In this document: positions 30,103-39,013 of the stretch, piece by piece
Position numbering within the stretch: position 1 is the stretch's first letter
Layout: each line of letters opens with the position of its first letter
From: Lysobacterales bacterium
GTDB taxonomy: Bacteria > Pseudomonadota > Gammaproteobacteria > Xanthomonadales > SZUA-5
Assembly (NCBI GenBank): GCA_022844165.1
Contig: JALHMH010000003.1
Span: forward strand, 132,269 to 196,268
Direction: 5' to 3'
DNA length: 64,000 bases
Made by a program: the position numbers and the translations under genes
The notes under the pieces: generated by a model
Told to the model about the DNA's origin: nothing
The model's database searches: none
The model's input: the letters and a program-made list of their open reading frames with translations, nothing else

Positions 30103-30435
30103 TCACTTGTTCGCTTCGTCCAGGTTGGCAAAAATCGGAAAGACGCGGTCGAGACGGGCCAGTTCGAGCACAGCGTGCACGGGTTTGCTCACCGCAACCA
30201 GATTGAACCGTTGCCCTTTGCCGCGGGCATTCTGAAAACCCTCGACAAGCGCCGCGATCCCGGAGGAATCAATGTACGTGACTTGCGACAGGTCCACGGC
30301 TACAGGCCGGCCGGTCGCCAGTGCATCGAGGATCGTCTTGCGCAGACGCTGCGACCACGACAAGTCGACCTCGCCGCTGACGCGAACGAGCTTAAAGCCT
30401 TGCTGATCTTCGGTGGCGCAATGATTCTGAGTCAT
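30103..30435 (-). CDS. STAS-domain anti-sigma-factor antagonist (SpoIIAA/RsbV-like)
   Basis: 110 aa. DLSQVTYIDSSGIAALV contains the conserved phosphorylatable serine context (DSSG). The C-terminal VLELARLDRVFPIF is typical of the family. Confidence 0.85.
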   Translation of the reverse strand: MTQNHCATEDQQGFKLVRVSGEVDLSWSQRLRKTILDALATGRPVAVDLSQVTYIDSSGIAALVEGFQNARGKGQRFNLVAVSKPVHAVLELARLDRVFPIFANLDEANK

Positions 30436-30618
30436 GGTTCGCGGCTGGCAAAAAGTAAATGTCGATAGCGATGGAGTTCACCTGGCGAGCGCGTGCCAAA
30501 AGGCGCCAGAATGACTTCGCTGACCTCCGGCGCCTACACTAGGCTATGAAGCGTCAAAGGTAAAAGGTCAAAATGCCAATCCTGCGCTCGGCTTCCTATC
30601 GCTTTGCCGCCGCGCACG

Positions 30619-32304
30619 CTACGGCAGACGTTTGACCATTCTCAACAAGTTGCCACCGCCGTCGGGTCGCAGGAATGTCCACTCGTCCATCACCGAATCG
30701 ATCAGGTTGATGCCCAGGCCGCCCGGGCGACACTCGCTCAGGTCCCTGGGGCGAATGCGAGTGGCGTCGACGGGCGATGCGAAGTCGCGCAGTTCGAAAC
30801 GTACCGCGCCTGGATCAAGCCAAAACGAGAGCTCGACGCGCCCATCGATGCTGCCGCCATAGGCGTGGCGAATGACATTGGCGACGGCTTCGTCGACACT
30901 CAGGACCAGGCGTTGCCGTTCGGTCTCGTTGAAACCCAAACCCACGACAATATCGCTGACCGCACGGCGCACCAGACATAGGTTTTGAGGGTCGCTCAGA
31001 CCGCCCATGCCGCCGAGATAGCGCGTTGGCGCGTCGTCATCTGCAAGCAACATCAATGTGGTGTCATCCGCCAGAGCGAGCTTTCGCAAGTGCCCGACCA
31101 TCGCCCGCACTCGCGCCCGCGGCGACACGCCTGCCACGCGTTTGATCAAATCGCGAACGCCGTCCATGCCGATCGGCCGGCGATCCGGGCCACGTACATC
31201 GGTGACGCCATCGGAAAAAGCGTACAACGAACCGCCCGCGAGCGCGAGACGTTGTGCGTCGTACCCGGTGTCCTTGAGGATTCCCAACGGCGGGCCGTCG
31301 GCCGGTATCTCCCGGAACCGGCCGTCGCGATACAGTAACAGTGGTGGGAAGCCCGCAGAGGCCAGCTCAATCTGGCTGGTGTTTCGGTCCAGGTAGCCAA
31401 CCAGCGCGCAAACGAACATCCCGCGCGTGACGGTTTCGCATAACTCCTGATTGACCCGCGACAGCCACACGCCGGGCGTGGCGCCGTCCTTGCCAGCCCA
31501 GCGTAAACAGCTCGACGCGCGCACCATCAGAAGCGCGGCGTCCATACCCTTGCCGGCCACATCGCCGACACAGAATGCTATCCGACCATCGTCGACCTCG
31601 AAGTAGTCGTAGAAGTCGCCGGAAATCTCGCGCGCAGGCAGATTCATTGCAACGATCGGAAGATCGCGGCGGCGCGGCGGCAACAGCGTCTTTTGCATTT
31701 GCCGCGCAAGCTGGAATTCGCGTTTGATTCGGTTCTGCTCGACCAGCTCACGCGACAAACGGGCATTGTTCAAGGCCAGGGCGGTCGGGACCGCGAGCAG
31801 GCGCAACACGTCGGCATCATGCGTATCGAACAAGGCGCCGTCGCGTTTGTTCAGTACCTGCAAAGCGCCAATCGGTCCGTTGGCGCTGTCCAGCGGCGCG
31901 CTCAAGATCGAGCGCGACAGGAATCCGCGCTGATTGCCCAGAAAGTCAGGATCACGGGTGGTATCGCGAACCAATTGAACGCGATTCTCGGCAATCGCTC
32001 GACCGACGATGCCCTTGCCGCGTTCGACGCGAAGGCCCACCACATCAACCGGCCCGGCGCTCGCGCGGCAAACGCTGCTGCCGTCCTCATCGACCAAAAA
32101 AACCGCCGCCGCTTCGGCATTCATGTATTCGGCGATCTGCGCCACGGCGCGTCGCAGGGTCTCGTCAATATCCAACGTCGCCGCGAAGGCGTGCGAAAAA
32201 TCGGCAAGGATGCCGACCTCCTCGGCACCGATACTGCGATCCCGCGCCGACACGGCCGTTGGCAGTGTCACGCCGCAGCTCCACGTTTGCGCAATCGACG
32301 CCAT
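30619..32304 (-). CDS. Fused GAF, PP2C (SpoIIE-type) phosphatase and RsbW-like HATPase serine kinase
   Basis: GAF region (LRRAVAQIAEYMNAEAAAVFLVDEDG). PP2C motifs ISGDFYDYF and CVGDVAGKGMDAALLM. C-terminal SVDEAVANVIRHAY and GGLGINLIDSVMDEW. The 644-aa ORF overlaps pssA. Likely starts are ATG 32304 or GTG 32271 (GTGA overlap with the pssA stop). Confidence 0.8.
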   Translation of the reverse strand: MASIAQTWSCGVTLPTAVSARDRSIGAEEVGILADFSHAFAATLDIDETLRRAVAQIAEYMNAEAAAVFLVDEDGSSVCRASAGPVDVVGLRVERGKGIVGRAIAENRVQLVRDTTRDPDFLGNQRGFLSRSILSAPLDSANGPIGALQVLNKRDGALFDTHDADVLRLLAVPTALALNNARLSRELVEQNRIKREFQLARQMQKTLLPPRRRDLPIVAMNLPAREISGDFYDYFEVDDGRIAFCVGDVAGKGMDAALLMVRASSCLRWAGKDGATPGVWLSRVNQELCETVTRGMFVCALVGYLDRNTSQIELASAGFPPLLLYRDGRFREIPADGPPLGILKDTGYDAQRLALAGGSLYAFSDGVTDVRGPDRRPIGMDGVRDLIKRVAGVSPRARVRAMVGHLRKLALADDTTLMLLADDDAPTRYLGGMGGLSDPQNLCLVRRAVSDIVVGLGFNETERQRLVLSVDEAVANVIRHAYGGSIDGRVELSFWLDPGAVRFELRDFASPVDATRIRPRDLSECRPGGLGINLIDSVMDEWTFLRPDGGGNLLRMVKRLP

Positions 32305-33026
32305 GCCCACATGGCCGGGCCGCTGGCGATGTAAACAAGACCAATGACCAGCAGCATCGAGGGCGGATGCGCAGCCACCGGGATGATGGCGAGAATGGTC
32401 AGCAACACCCAGAAGAAGGGCACACGCTCGGGCCAGACCTTGAAGCTGTAATACGGAATGCGACTCACCATCAGCAATGCCAGGGTCATCGTCAGAGCCA
32501 GCGCGAACCAGCGGGTACCCGTTCCGAATACCGAGAAGTCCTCCATCGCCCAAACGAAAGCCATCAGCGTGCCGGCGGCCGCAGGACTGGCCAGGCCGGT
32601 GAAAAAACGCTTGTCGCCGCTACCAGCCTGAGTATTGAAGCGCGCCAGACGCAACGCCGCGCAGGCCGCGTACAAAAAAGCGATCAGCCAACCCAGTTTG
32701 CCAGCGAAATTGCCATAGCTGCGAAGGTCAGCGAGCGCCCACATATAAACAATGAGCGCCGGCGCCAGTCCGAAACTGATCAGGTCCGACAGCGAATCGT
32801 ATTGCACACCGAATTCGCTTTGAGTATTGGTCATACGCGCGACGCGGCCATCCAGACCGTCGAACAACCCAGCCACGAAGACCGCAACGACGGCAGCAAC
32901 GAATTGCTCGTTGATGCCGGCAACGATGGCATAGAAGCCGCTGAACATCGCGCCCGTGGTCAGCAGGTTCGGTAGCAAGTAAATGCCGGGCGGCCGCCGC
33001 TTTTGGTCGGTATCGGATTCAGTCAT
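32268..33026 (-). CDS. pssA: CDP-diacylglycerol-serine O-phosphatidyltransferase
   Basis: CDP-alcohol phosphatidyltransferase motif DGLDGRVAR..SEFGVQYDSLSDLISFG. N-terminus LLPNLLTTGAMFSGFYAI. Polytopic, 252 aa. Confidence 0.9.
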   Translation of the reverse strand: MTESDTDQKRRPPGIYLLPNLLTTGAMFSGFYAIVAGINEQFVAAVVAVFVAGLFDGLDGRVARMTNTQSEFGVQYDSLSDLISFGLAPALIVYMWALADLRSYGNFAGKLGWLIAFLYAACAALRLARFNTQAGSGDKRFFTGLASPAAAGTLMAFVWAMEDFSVFGTGTRWFALALTMTLALLMVSRIPYYSFKVWPERVPFFWVLLTILAIIPVAAHPPSMLLVIGLVYIASGPAMWAWRRLRKRGAAA

Positions 33027-33135
33027 GCGCGGTCGAACGCCAGTTAAAGAATGTGGTCATTGTATCGCCACGACCAGTCGATGTTGTCGTAAGCTGTAGC
33101 AATCGCTTTGTTAGCACAAACAAAAGGAGCTTGCC

Positions 33136-33546
33136 GTGCGCATCGTTGCCGCCATCGCATTGACGCTGTTCGCTGCCGGTGCTCTCGCGCAAGACGCGAG
33201 TCCGACGCAGGATGCCAACAAGGTGTACAAGTGGACCGACGAAAACGGGACTGTGCATTTTTCGCCGAAACCCCCGGAGAACAACAAGGCCGAAGAAGTG
33301 GCGCTGCGCAAGGGTCCAGCTGTGGTCGTGCCGACGGGTCCGACCGAAGAAGAGATGATTGCCAAACGCTGCAAACAACATGAAGAAAATCTGGCTCTGC
33401 TGGCCGACAAAGAAAAAACCTTGACCATCGGCGATGGCGCCAACAAGCGCGAACTGACGGCCAAAGAGCGTGACGACCAGTTGGCGATCGCCAAGGCCTC
33501 TCTTGAACTATGCCGGTTGACGAAGGCTGCCCCGACCACACCGTGA
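33136..33546 (+). CDS. DUF4124 domain-containing secreted protein
   Basis: GTG start with AAGGAG 7 nt upstream. Signal peptide MRIVAAIALTLFAAGALA. The VYKWTDENGTVHFSPKPP motif defines DUF4124. Confidence 0.75.
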   Translation: MRIVAAIALTLFAAGALAQDASPTQDANKVYKWTDENGTVHFSPKPPENNKAEEVALRKGPAVVVPTGPTEEEMIAKRCKQHEENLALLADKEKTLTIGDGANKRELTAKERDDQLAIAKASLELCRLTKAAPTTP

Positions 33547-33554
33547 CGCTCGTC

Positions 33555-33836
33555 ATGCGTCAACGCGGCGGCGCTGGGCTGTGGGTTCTTTTGGCGCTCG
33601 CGCTTGCCGCAGTGGGGTTCGCATGGTGGCGATTTTTCCCAGATTCGCTGCCCACGACCGTACGCCAGGTGACGCCACCGTCCCCAACTTCAAGCCCCGT
33701 GCTGTACAAATGGCGGGATGCCAAGGGCAACCTGAATTACACCGACACACCGCCGGCAGATCGGCCGTTCGAAAAGGTGCAGATTGACCCAAATACGAAT
33801 GTGTTGCCTTCCGGTGTCGCACCTGAGCCGGGCTGA
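33555..33836 (+). CDS. DUF4124 domain-containing membrane-anchored protein
   Basis: The internal ATG 33555 lies just after the upstream stop. TM segment LWVLLALALAAVGFAWW. LYKWRDAKGNLNYTDTPP motif. Confidence 0.65.
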   Translation: MRQRGGAGLWVLLALALAAVGFAWWRFFPDSLPTTVRQVTPPSPTSSPVLYKWRDAKGNLNYTDTPPADRPFEKVQIDPNTNVLPSGVAPEPG

Positions 33837-33966
33837 TCGGGCGCACGCTGGTCGCGGTAAGGCAAGGGCCGTACACGAAGTTCGTGCGTCAGGCGCCGCC
33901 CGTTGAGGAGCGGCGCCGTCCCATGAAAACGGAAACTCCGCTTTAGGCGCCGGCTCCGCCGTCACC

Positions 33967-36552
33967 TCATTCAAAACCGTTCTGGAACAACGCATCGTTG
34001 TTCGCGGTCGGCAAAGGCCAAACCCACGCACCGCGCGAACGTGTCCACACAGCGAGCGTTGTGAAACCGCGATCGATGGTCACATCCCAGATCATGACGT
34101 TCGGCAGCCCAAGGTGCTTTTGCCAGACCACGGGATTCGCTTCGACGTCGTCGGTGTAATAAAGCCCCCAGTCGGAACCGGCGAACACTTGGGTGGGACG
34201 GTTTGGATTGACGATGACGCTATTGACCGGGATGTTCGGCAAGTTACCGGAGACATCGCGCCAGACGAAGCTCGCGCAGTTGACGGTGCATTTGACCTGA
34301 AACACATGACCCGGCGTCGTGGGTGTGTTCTGGTCGAAACCGGCCATCACCGCGTAACCGATCAACGGATCGACGGGGTCGGTGGCGACATCAAGCACGA
34401 AGCGGTTCGGCAGCACGGTGTTGTTACCGGTGACGTTCACCCAGGTCGCTGAATTGGCGATGTTCTGGCCCATGTTGAAGCCGAACCAGACGTTGCCATC
34501 ATTGGTGCCGGCGATGGCGACATCAGGCGTGTTGACTGCATAGGCGACCTGATTAATGAACGAACGGTCGCCCAGGGTTCCCTTGGTCAGATCAGGACTG
34601 TTCGGTACCCAGCTTGACGTTGGAATGCCACCCGACACCGATTCCCAGACGCGGAAACTACCGGCAATGATCCTCCCGCAGCCGGTGGCAGCCGGGCAGC
34701 CGGTGGTTTCGCCACCAAACCGATACAGATCGAAGTTGGTCAGAAAGCTCTTGCGATCGCCGCCCCAGCCGCTCGGTGCCGCGGCAACGGTGGACGTGCC
34801 ACCCAGGCCACCGCTCGCGCTGGTCGTCGCCACGATGTTGCCGCTCTGGCTGGAGTAGTACCAGCGCTGCTGCAAGATGGGTTCAATCGTGCTCCAAATG
34901 CCGTCGCCACCGTTTCTTGAGAACCATCGTGCCGCTCCAATGCTGCTGCCCGGCCATGTCGCGACCATGCACGAATTGTCCTGCGCGCCACCGACCGCAC
35001 TGACGTTGGCCGACGTGTTGAAGTTCGGTGTGATGCCGCCGGAGTAGAACTCGATTGTGTTGAGCGTTTCGTTCAGCGAGGTCCACGTGGGACTGCTGGC
35101 CAATGCATTGGGTGCGTAATAAACGCCACCATCGGTGCCAATCAGCAGCCGGTTTGGATCGCCCAGCACAAAAGCGAGCGCATGGTGATCGACGTGCGGC
35201 AGTGTGCCAGTGCCGACGAAACTGCTGCCGCCGTTGGTCGACCGAAAAGTGCGGAATGCGCTCAGGAAAACATTGTTGGAATTGGTGGGGTCGACCAGCA
35301 TGCCAGCGTTGTACCAACTCTGCGTACCGGCGCCGGTGATGTTGCCGACTTGCGGCTGGGTCCAGTTAGCGCCGCCGTCGATGCTCTTCCACACCCCCAG
35401 AATCGTAGCAGAGTTGTTCGGCACGGCCACCTGCGCATAGATGATGTTCGGGTCGGTCGGCGAACCGGCGATATCGATGCGACCCAGCGGATTGGGTGTG
35501 CTGACGTTGCCCGCGGCCGTGCCGGCCGGCCAGCCGTTGTCGGCGCGTGAGATGGTGGTAAACGTCGGGCAACCGCTGGCTGGGACGGTGGCGCTGTAAA
35601 GACCATTCGCGCCATTGCGTTCCAGCCCCGTTTGCACCGTTGTCGCGAACGCACGCACGCCGACAGAGGCGACGATGCGCGTCGTTGCACCAAGATCGGT
35701 CAAGATCAATCCGGTGATGTCCTGGCGCTGACCGGGAAACGCATTCGTGGGGCAGGCACCGGTCCAGGTGTCGCCGCCATTGTAAGAAATGTACAGTCCG
35801 GTCTTGGCACCAACGATAACGATATTGGAATTGTTCGGATCGACCTCGACCTTGCCGATGGCCTGATATTGCGGTGGCGCGTTGACGTTTGGCGCATAAA
35901 ACGGATTGAACACATCTGCGCCCTTCACCGTCCAGGTCTCGCCACCATCCACCGATTTCAACACGCCATTCGAGCCAAAGGAGAACGAGCCATAGCGCAG
36001 ATCGCCAGTACCGGCGTACAGCACGTCGGGGTTGTTTGGATCGATCGCCATGGCGCCGATGGCGCTGTTTTGGATCGGTTCGGTGGTCGCTGAGATATCG
36101 GTTGTGTTACGCCAGGTCGTCGCCGCGCTGCAGCAGTTGGTCGTTTTCCAAACGCCGCCGCCGTCCGAGCCCATCCAGGCGATGGCCGAATCGGTTGGAT
36201 GGGTGATGATCACGTTCGTGCGCCCGGCAAAACCGCCGCCAGTACCCAATGGCCGTGGCCCGAGCGGCGTGAACACGTTCGGCGGCAAATTGCCGCTCCC
36301 GCGGAAGGCCTCAATACCCTGTGGCAAGGCCTGATTGACCTGTGCAGCCTCTTGCGCGGCGTCTATCAGCCAGCTGGGACTAAAGTGCCCGGTCGGATAG
36401 GTGGCGCGGTCGCCCCAGAACGGACCCAGATAAGCTTCCTTGGCGAGCTTGCCGGTGAGCGGCACCGGATCTGCCACCGTCGCGACCTTGGGTGAAGACG
36501 CACACGACGCCAAAACAGCGGCGGCAAGAACAAAAAATGATGTTCGGAACAT
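33967..36552 (-). CDS. BNR/Asp-box repeat beta-propeller lipoprotein
   Basis: Lipoprotein signal MFRTSFFVLAAAVLASC (ATG 36552; alternative ATG 36594). Asp boxes SVDGGETW, SYNGGDTW, SIDGGANW, STNGGSSF, SDGGGVW. The protein ends NDALFQNGFE. Confidence 0.8.
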   Translation of the reverse strand: MFRTSFFVLAAAVLASCASSPKVATVADPVPLTGKLAKEAYLGPFWGDRATYPTGHFSPSWLIDAAQEAAQVNQALPQGIEAFRGSGNLPPNVFTPLGPRPLGTGGGFAGRTNVIITHPTDSAIAWMGSDGGGVWKTTNCCSAATTWRNTTDISATTEPIQNSAIGAMAIDPNNPDVLYAGTGDLRYGSFSFGSNGVLKSVDGGETWTVKGADVFNPFYAPNVNAPPQYQAIGKVEVDPNNSNIVIVGAKTGLYISYNGGDTWTGACPTNAFPGQRQDITGLILTDLGATTRIVASVGVRAFATTVQTGLERNGANGLYSATVPASGCPTFTTISRADNGWPAGTAAGNVSTPNPLGRIDIAGSPTDPNIIYAQVAVPNNSATILGVWKSIDGGANWTQPQVGNITGAGTQSWYNAGMLVDPTNSNNVFLSAFRTFRSTNGGSSFVGTGTLPHVDHHALAFVLGDPNRLLIGTDGGVYYAPNALASSPTWTSLNETLNTIEFYSGGITPNFNTSANVSAVGGAQDNSCMVATWPGSSIGAARWFSRNGGDGIWSTIEPILQQRWYYSSQSGNIVATTSASGGLGGTSTVAAAPSGWGGDRKSFLTNFDLYRFGGETTGCPAATGCGRIIAGSFRVWESVSGGIPTSSWVPNSPDLTKGTLGDRSFINQVAYAVNTPDVAIAGTNDGNVWFGFNMGQNIANSATWVNVTGNNTVLPNRFVLDVATDPVDPLIGYAVMAGFDQNTPTTPGHVFQVKCTVNCASFVWRDVSGNLPNIPVNSVIVNPNRPTQVFAGSDWGLYYTDDVEANPVVWQKHLGLPNVMIWDVTIDRGFTTLAVWTRSRGAWVWPLPTANNDALFQNGFE

Positions 36553-36818
36553 AGACGGCGACCTGGGGGGCGAACGAGTCGCTGAAGTTTGCATGTCGAC
36601 TCGACATCCAGCAAGTGCTAAGCCCTCGTTGGCGCCCGCGACCGACCTGACGCCCGGAATGTGCCAGCTCCGAGGTTGAAAACAACTGGGTTCAAGGCGC
36701 GTCGCACCCTGTCCCCACGCGGGATCCACTCCCGTTATCCAACGTGTCATCGCCAGCCATCGCAATGTGGGTTCTACTCGCGGGGTGTTGTGTTGGTCAG
36801 GTCAGCCGGGAACGTTTA

Positions 36819-38111
36819 ATGAACACTCTTTTGCTCTTCGCCGCCGCGACCTTTGCAGGTGGCGACTATCAGGTCACGACGCGAAACATCCAGTCCAGTG
36901 GCCAGGCGCGCAGCTTCGTTTTGGCCACGCCAACTTCGGGCGCCACCGGCAAACCGCTGGTGTTTGCTCTGCATGGCGACAATGGAACCGGTGCGGGCAT
37001 GCGCGCGTCTTTGCCCTTGGAGGCGGCAGCCGCTGGCGCCGCGGTGTTTGTTTATCCGAACGCAGCAAGCAACAATACTTTTGAGTATTTCTCGGCGATC
37101 GGGCGCTCTCGCGAAGTGCAGTTTGTGCGCGATGTGGTGAACCTGTTGCAGGCCGAGATCAACATCGACCGCAATCGCGTGTTCCTGAGTGGATTTTCGG
37201 GCGGTGGCACAATGGCGAACATCCTGGGCTGCCGCATGGGTTTCCCGGAAATCCGCGGGCTCGCGGTCAACGCCGGTTCCCTCTATCCCATCGATGGCGA
37301 CTTCACCTACACGGGCAATGGCGGTGTGAGCTGCGCGATGCCGGCAACCATGTTGCTCTGGGGCGAATCGGACAACACGCCCAACGTCAGTTACGCAACT
37401 GGCGTCAGCATACGCAATAACCTCACGGCGACGCACACCTGCAGCGCGGCGACCGCCGCTTTCTCGCCAACCCCGTGCGTCACCTATAACGGCTGCCAAC
37501 GCGATGTCGGCTGGTGTTCTGTCCCAGGTTTGGGGCACTCGATCTGGAACCAGGCTGCCAGCGCCTCGTGGGCGTTCTTCAATCGGCAAAGCGGCGGACT
37601 TGCGCCGGTCAATCAAGAGATCTACGTGGATTCCCTGACTAACGGCTGGGAGAACTTCTCCTGGGGCGTTGTCGACTTCGCCAACACGAGCGCACCGCAT
37701 GCGGGCAACACGGCGATTCGATTTTCGGCGCATAGTTTCCAGGGATTGTCCTTTGCCAAACCAGGCGCCGCAATCAGCGCCGCGCAGTTCCCGGAGATTC
37801 GTTTTTATATTCGTGGCAGCGCGGGCGGCGAGAACTTCAATGTGTCGCTGCAAACGGGGTCAACATTGCACACCAATGTGCCGTTGGCGCAGTTCGTCGC
37901 AGGCGGCAGTGTCGCCGCGGGTAGTTATCGTGAGGTGCGAATTCGTATCGCGCAAGCGCCCATGAACTACACAGGCAGCTTTGAGCGCATCAACATCCAA
38001 GACGCCACAGGCGCCTCGGCGGGCGCTCCGCAAGTCGTGTTCGTCGACACTGTCGCGCTGATCGCAGCCGCCGATCTCCCCGACGCCTTGTTTGCTTCAG
38101 GGTTCGAATAA
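36819..38111 (+). CDS. PHB-depolymerase/LpqC-type esterase with C-terminal CBM-like domain
   Basis: LVFALHGDNGTG and the nucleophile elbow LSGFSGGGTM. The C-terminal ~170 aa is a beta-rich domain (WENFSWG..IRFS..FYIRG..). The protein ends DALFASGFE. The start is uncertain (ATG 36819, ATG 36765 or GTG 36744). Confidence 0.7.
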   Translation: MNTLLLFAAATFAGGDYQVTTRNIQSSGQARSFVLATPTSGATGKPLVFALHGDNGTGAGMRASLPLEAAAAGAAVFVYPNAASNNTFEYFSAIGRSREVQFVRDVVNLLQAEINIDRNRVFLSGFSGGGTMANILGCRMGFPEIRGLAVNAGSLYPIDGDFTYTGNGGVSCAMPATMLLWGESDNTPNVSYATGVSIRNNLTATHTCSAATAAFSPTPCVTYNGCQRDVGWCSVPGLGHSIWNQAASASWAFFNRQSGGLAPVNQEIYVDSLTNGWENFSWGVVDFANTSAPHAGNTAIRFSAHSFQGLSFAKPGAAISAAQFPEIRFYIRGSAGGENFNVSLQTGSTLHTNVPLAQFVAGGSVAAGSYREVRIRIAQAPMNYTGSFERINIQDATGASAGAPQVVFVDTVALIAAADLPDALFASGFE

Positions 38112-38141
38112 ACCCAAGCGCATTCGTCCCGATCACATCCT

Positions 38142-38951
38142 TCAACGAACATCGCCGCACAACTTACGCTGGAGGTCTTCTTCGAAACGCGCGTGTTGCC
38201 GCATGCAGGCGTCCAGATCGCTGGCGTGGTGCGCCCGTTCCCAGCCCTCGCTGAGTAAGTCCAGTGGCGCGTCGTAGTCGTGAGCGGCTGTTGGCAAACC
38301 GCGTTGCAGCATGCTCAGAAAACGGCCTGCTGCCTCAAGCCTGTCGTTCTGCGTTTGCGGTTGAAACCCAGGCAATTTGCTGGGGCCGCCATCGGGCAAC
38401 ATGCCATCAATCGAGCGCCCGGCGAAGGCTGGTTTTTCCGTTTGCTTCGCAAGCGCTTCGTCGTTTGCAGCCACGCGTGCCTGATCCGCCAGCCGCAGCG
38501 GCGATAGCGGCGCTACTTCCGAGAGCGATGCTTGTGGCCGATCGGGCTCGCGGCGAACGATCGGCGCCAATCGGTCCCGGTTGTCGCCGGCTTGCCCGGC
38601 GGAACTGACTTGCGCAACGGGCGGCGGCGCAGGGGGTGAGGGGTCGGAGAGTTCGACGTCCAACTCCATCCGTGGCTGCGAAGTCAGCTCTGGCTCGACG
38701 CGCGTATAGCGGGTCAATACGTAGAGCAGCAGCGCATGCGCAACCAATACGGCAGACATCACAACGATTCGAACACCGCTTTGTGCGAAGTGTCTTTGAC
38801 TCACGGCGGTACCGGAAAAAACGATGGGGCGAGCATGCAGATCCGGCGCAGCGTTGTGATTCGCCACAACTGAACTGACGAGATTCGCAGCGCGGCATTC
38901 AGCACGGGCTAGCAAAGAACGCCAAGACCGCCTGCTGGCCTGCTGCTGCAC
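38142..38951 (-). CDS. Hypothetical single-pass membrane protein with proline-rich linker
   Basis: GTG start. TM segment IVVMSAVLVAHALLLYVL followed by DPSPPAPPPVAQ. No recognisable catalytic or TonB C-terminal motif. Confidence 0.45.
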   Translation of the reverse strand: MQQQASRRSWRSLLARAECRAANLVSSVVANHNAAPDLHARPIVFSGTAVSQRHFAQSGVRIVVMSAVLVAHALLLYVLTRYTRVEPELTSQPRMELDVELSDPSPPAPPPVAQVSSAGQAGDNRDRLAPIVRREPDRPQASLSEVAPLSPLRLADQARVAANDEALAKQTEKPAFAGRSIDGMLPDGGPSKLPGFQPQTQNDRLEAAGRFLSMLQRGLPTAAHDYDAPLDLLSEGWERAHHASDLDACMRQHARFEEDLQRKLCGDVR

Positions 38952-39013
38952 GGAGCCACACGAGCGGCGGGCGTCGGCGTATCCTGCGGGTCATCGCCGA
39001 TCGCATCTCGAAC

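Noticed and set aside
33892-33917. Hairpin GGCGCCGC-N10-GCGGCGCC between the convergent DUF4124 and BNR lipoprotein genes, as a possible terminator or another repeat copy.
   Set aside because: There is no U tract on either strand, and by eye it has no similarity to the 20.4/28.3-kb repeat family. It is plausible as a terminator but unsupported.
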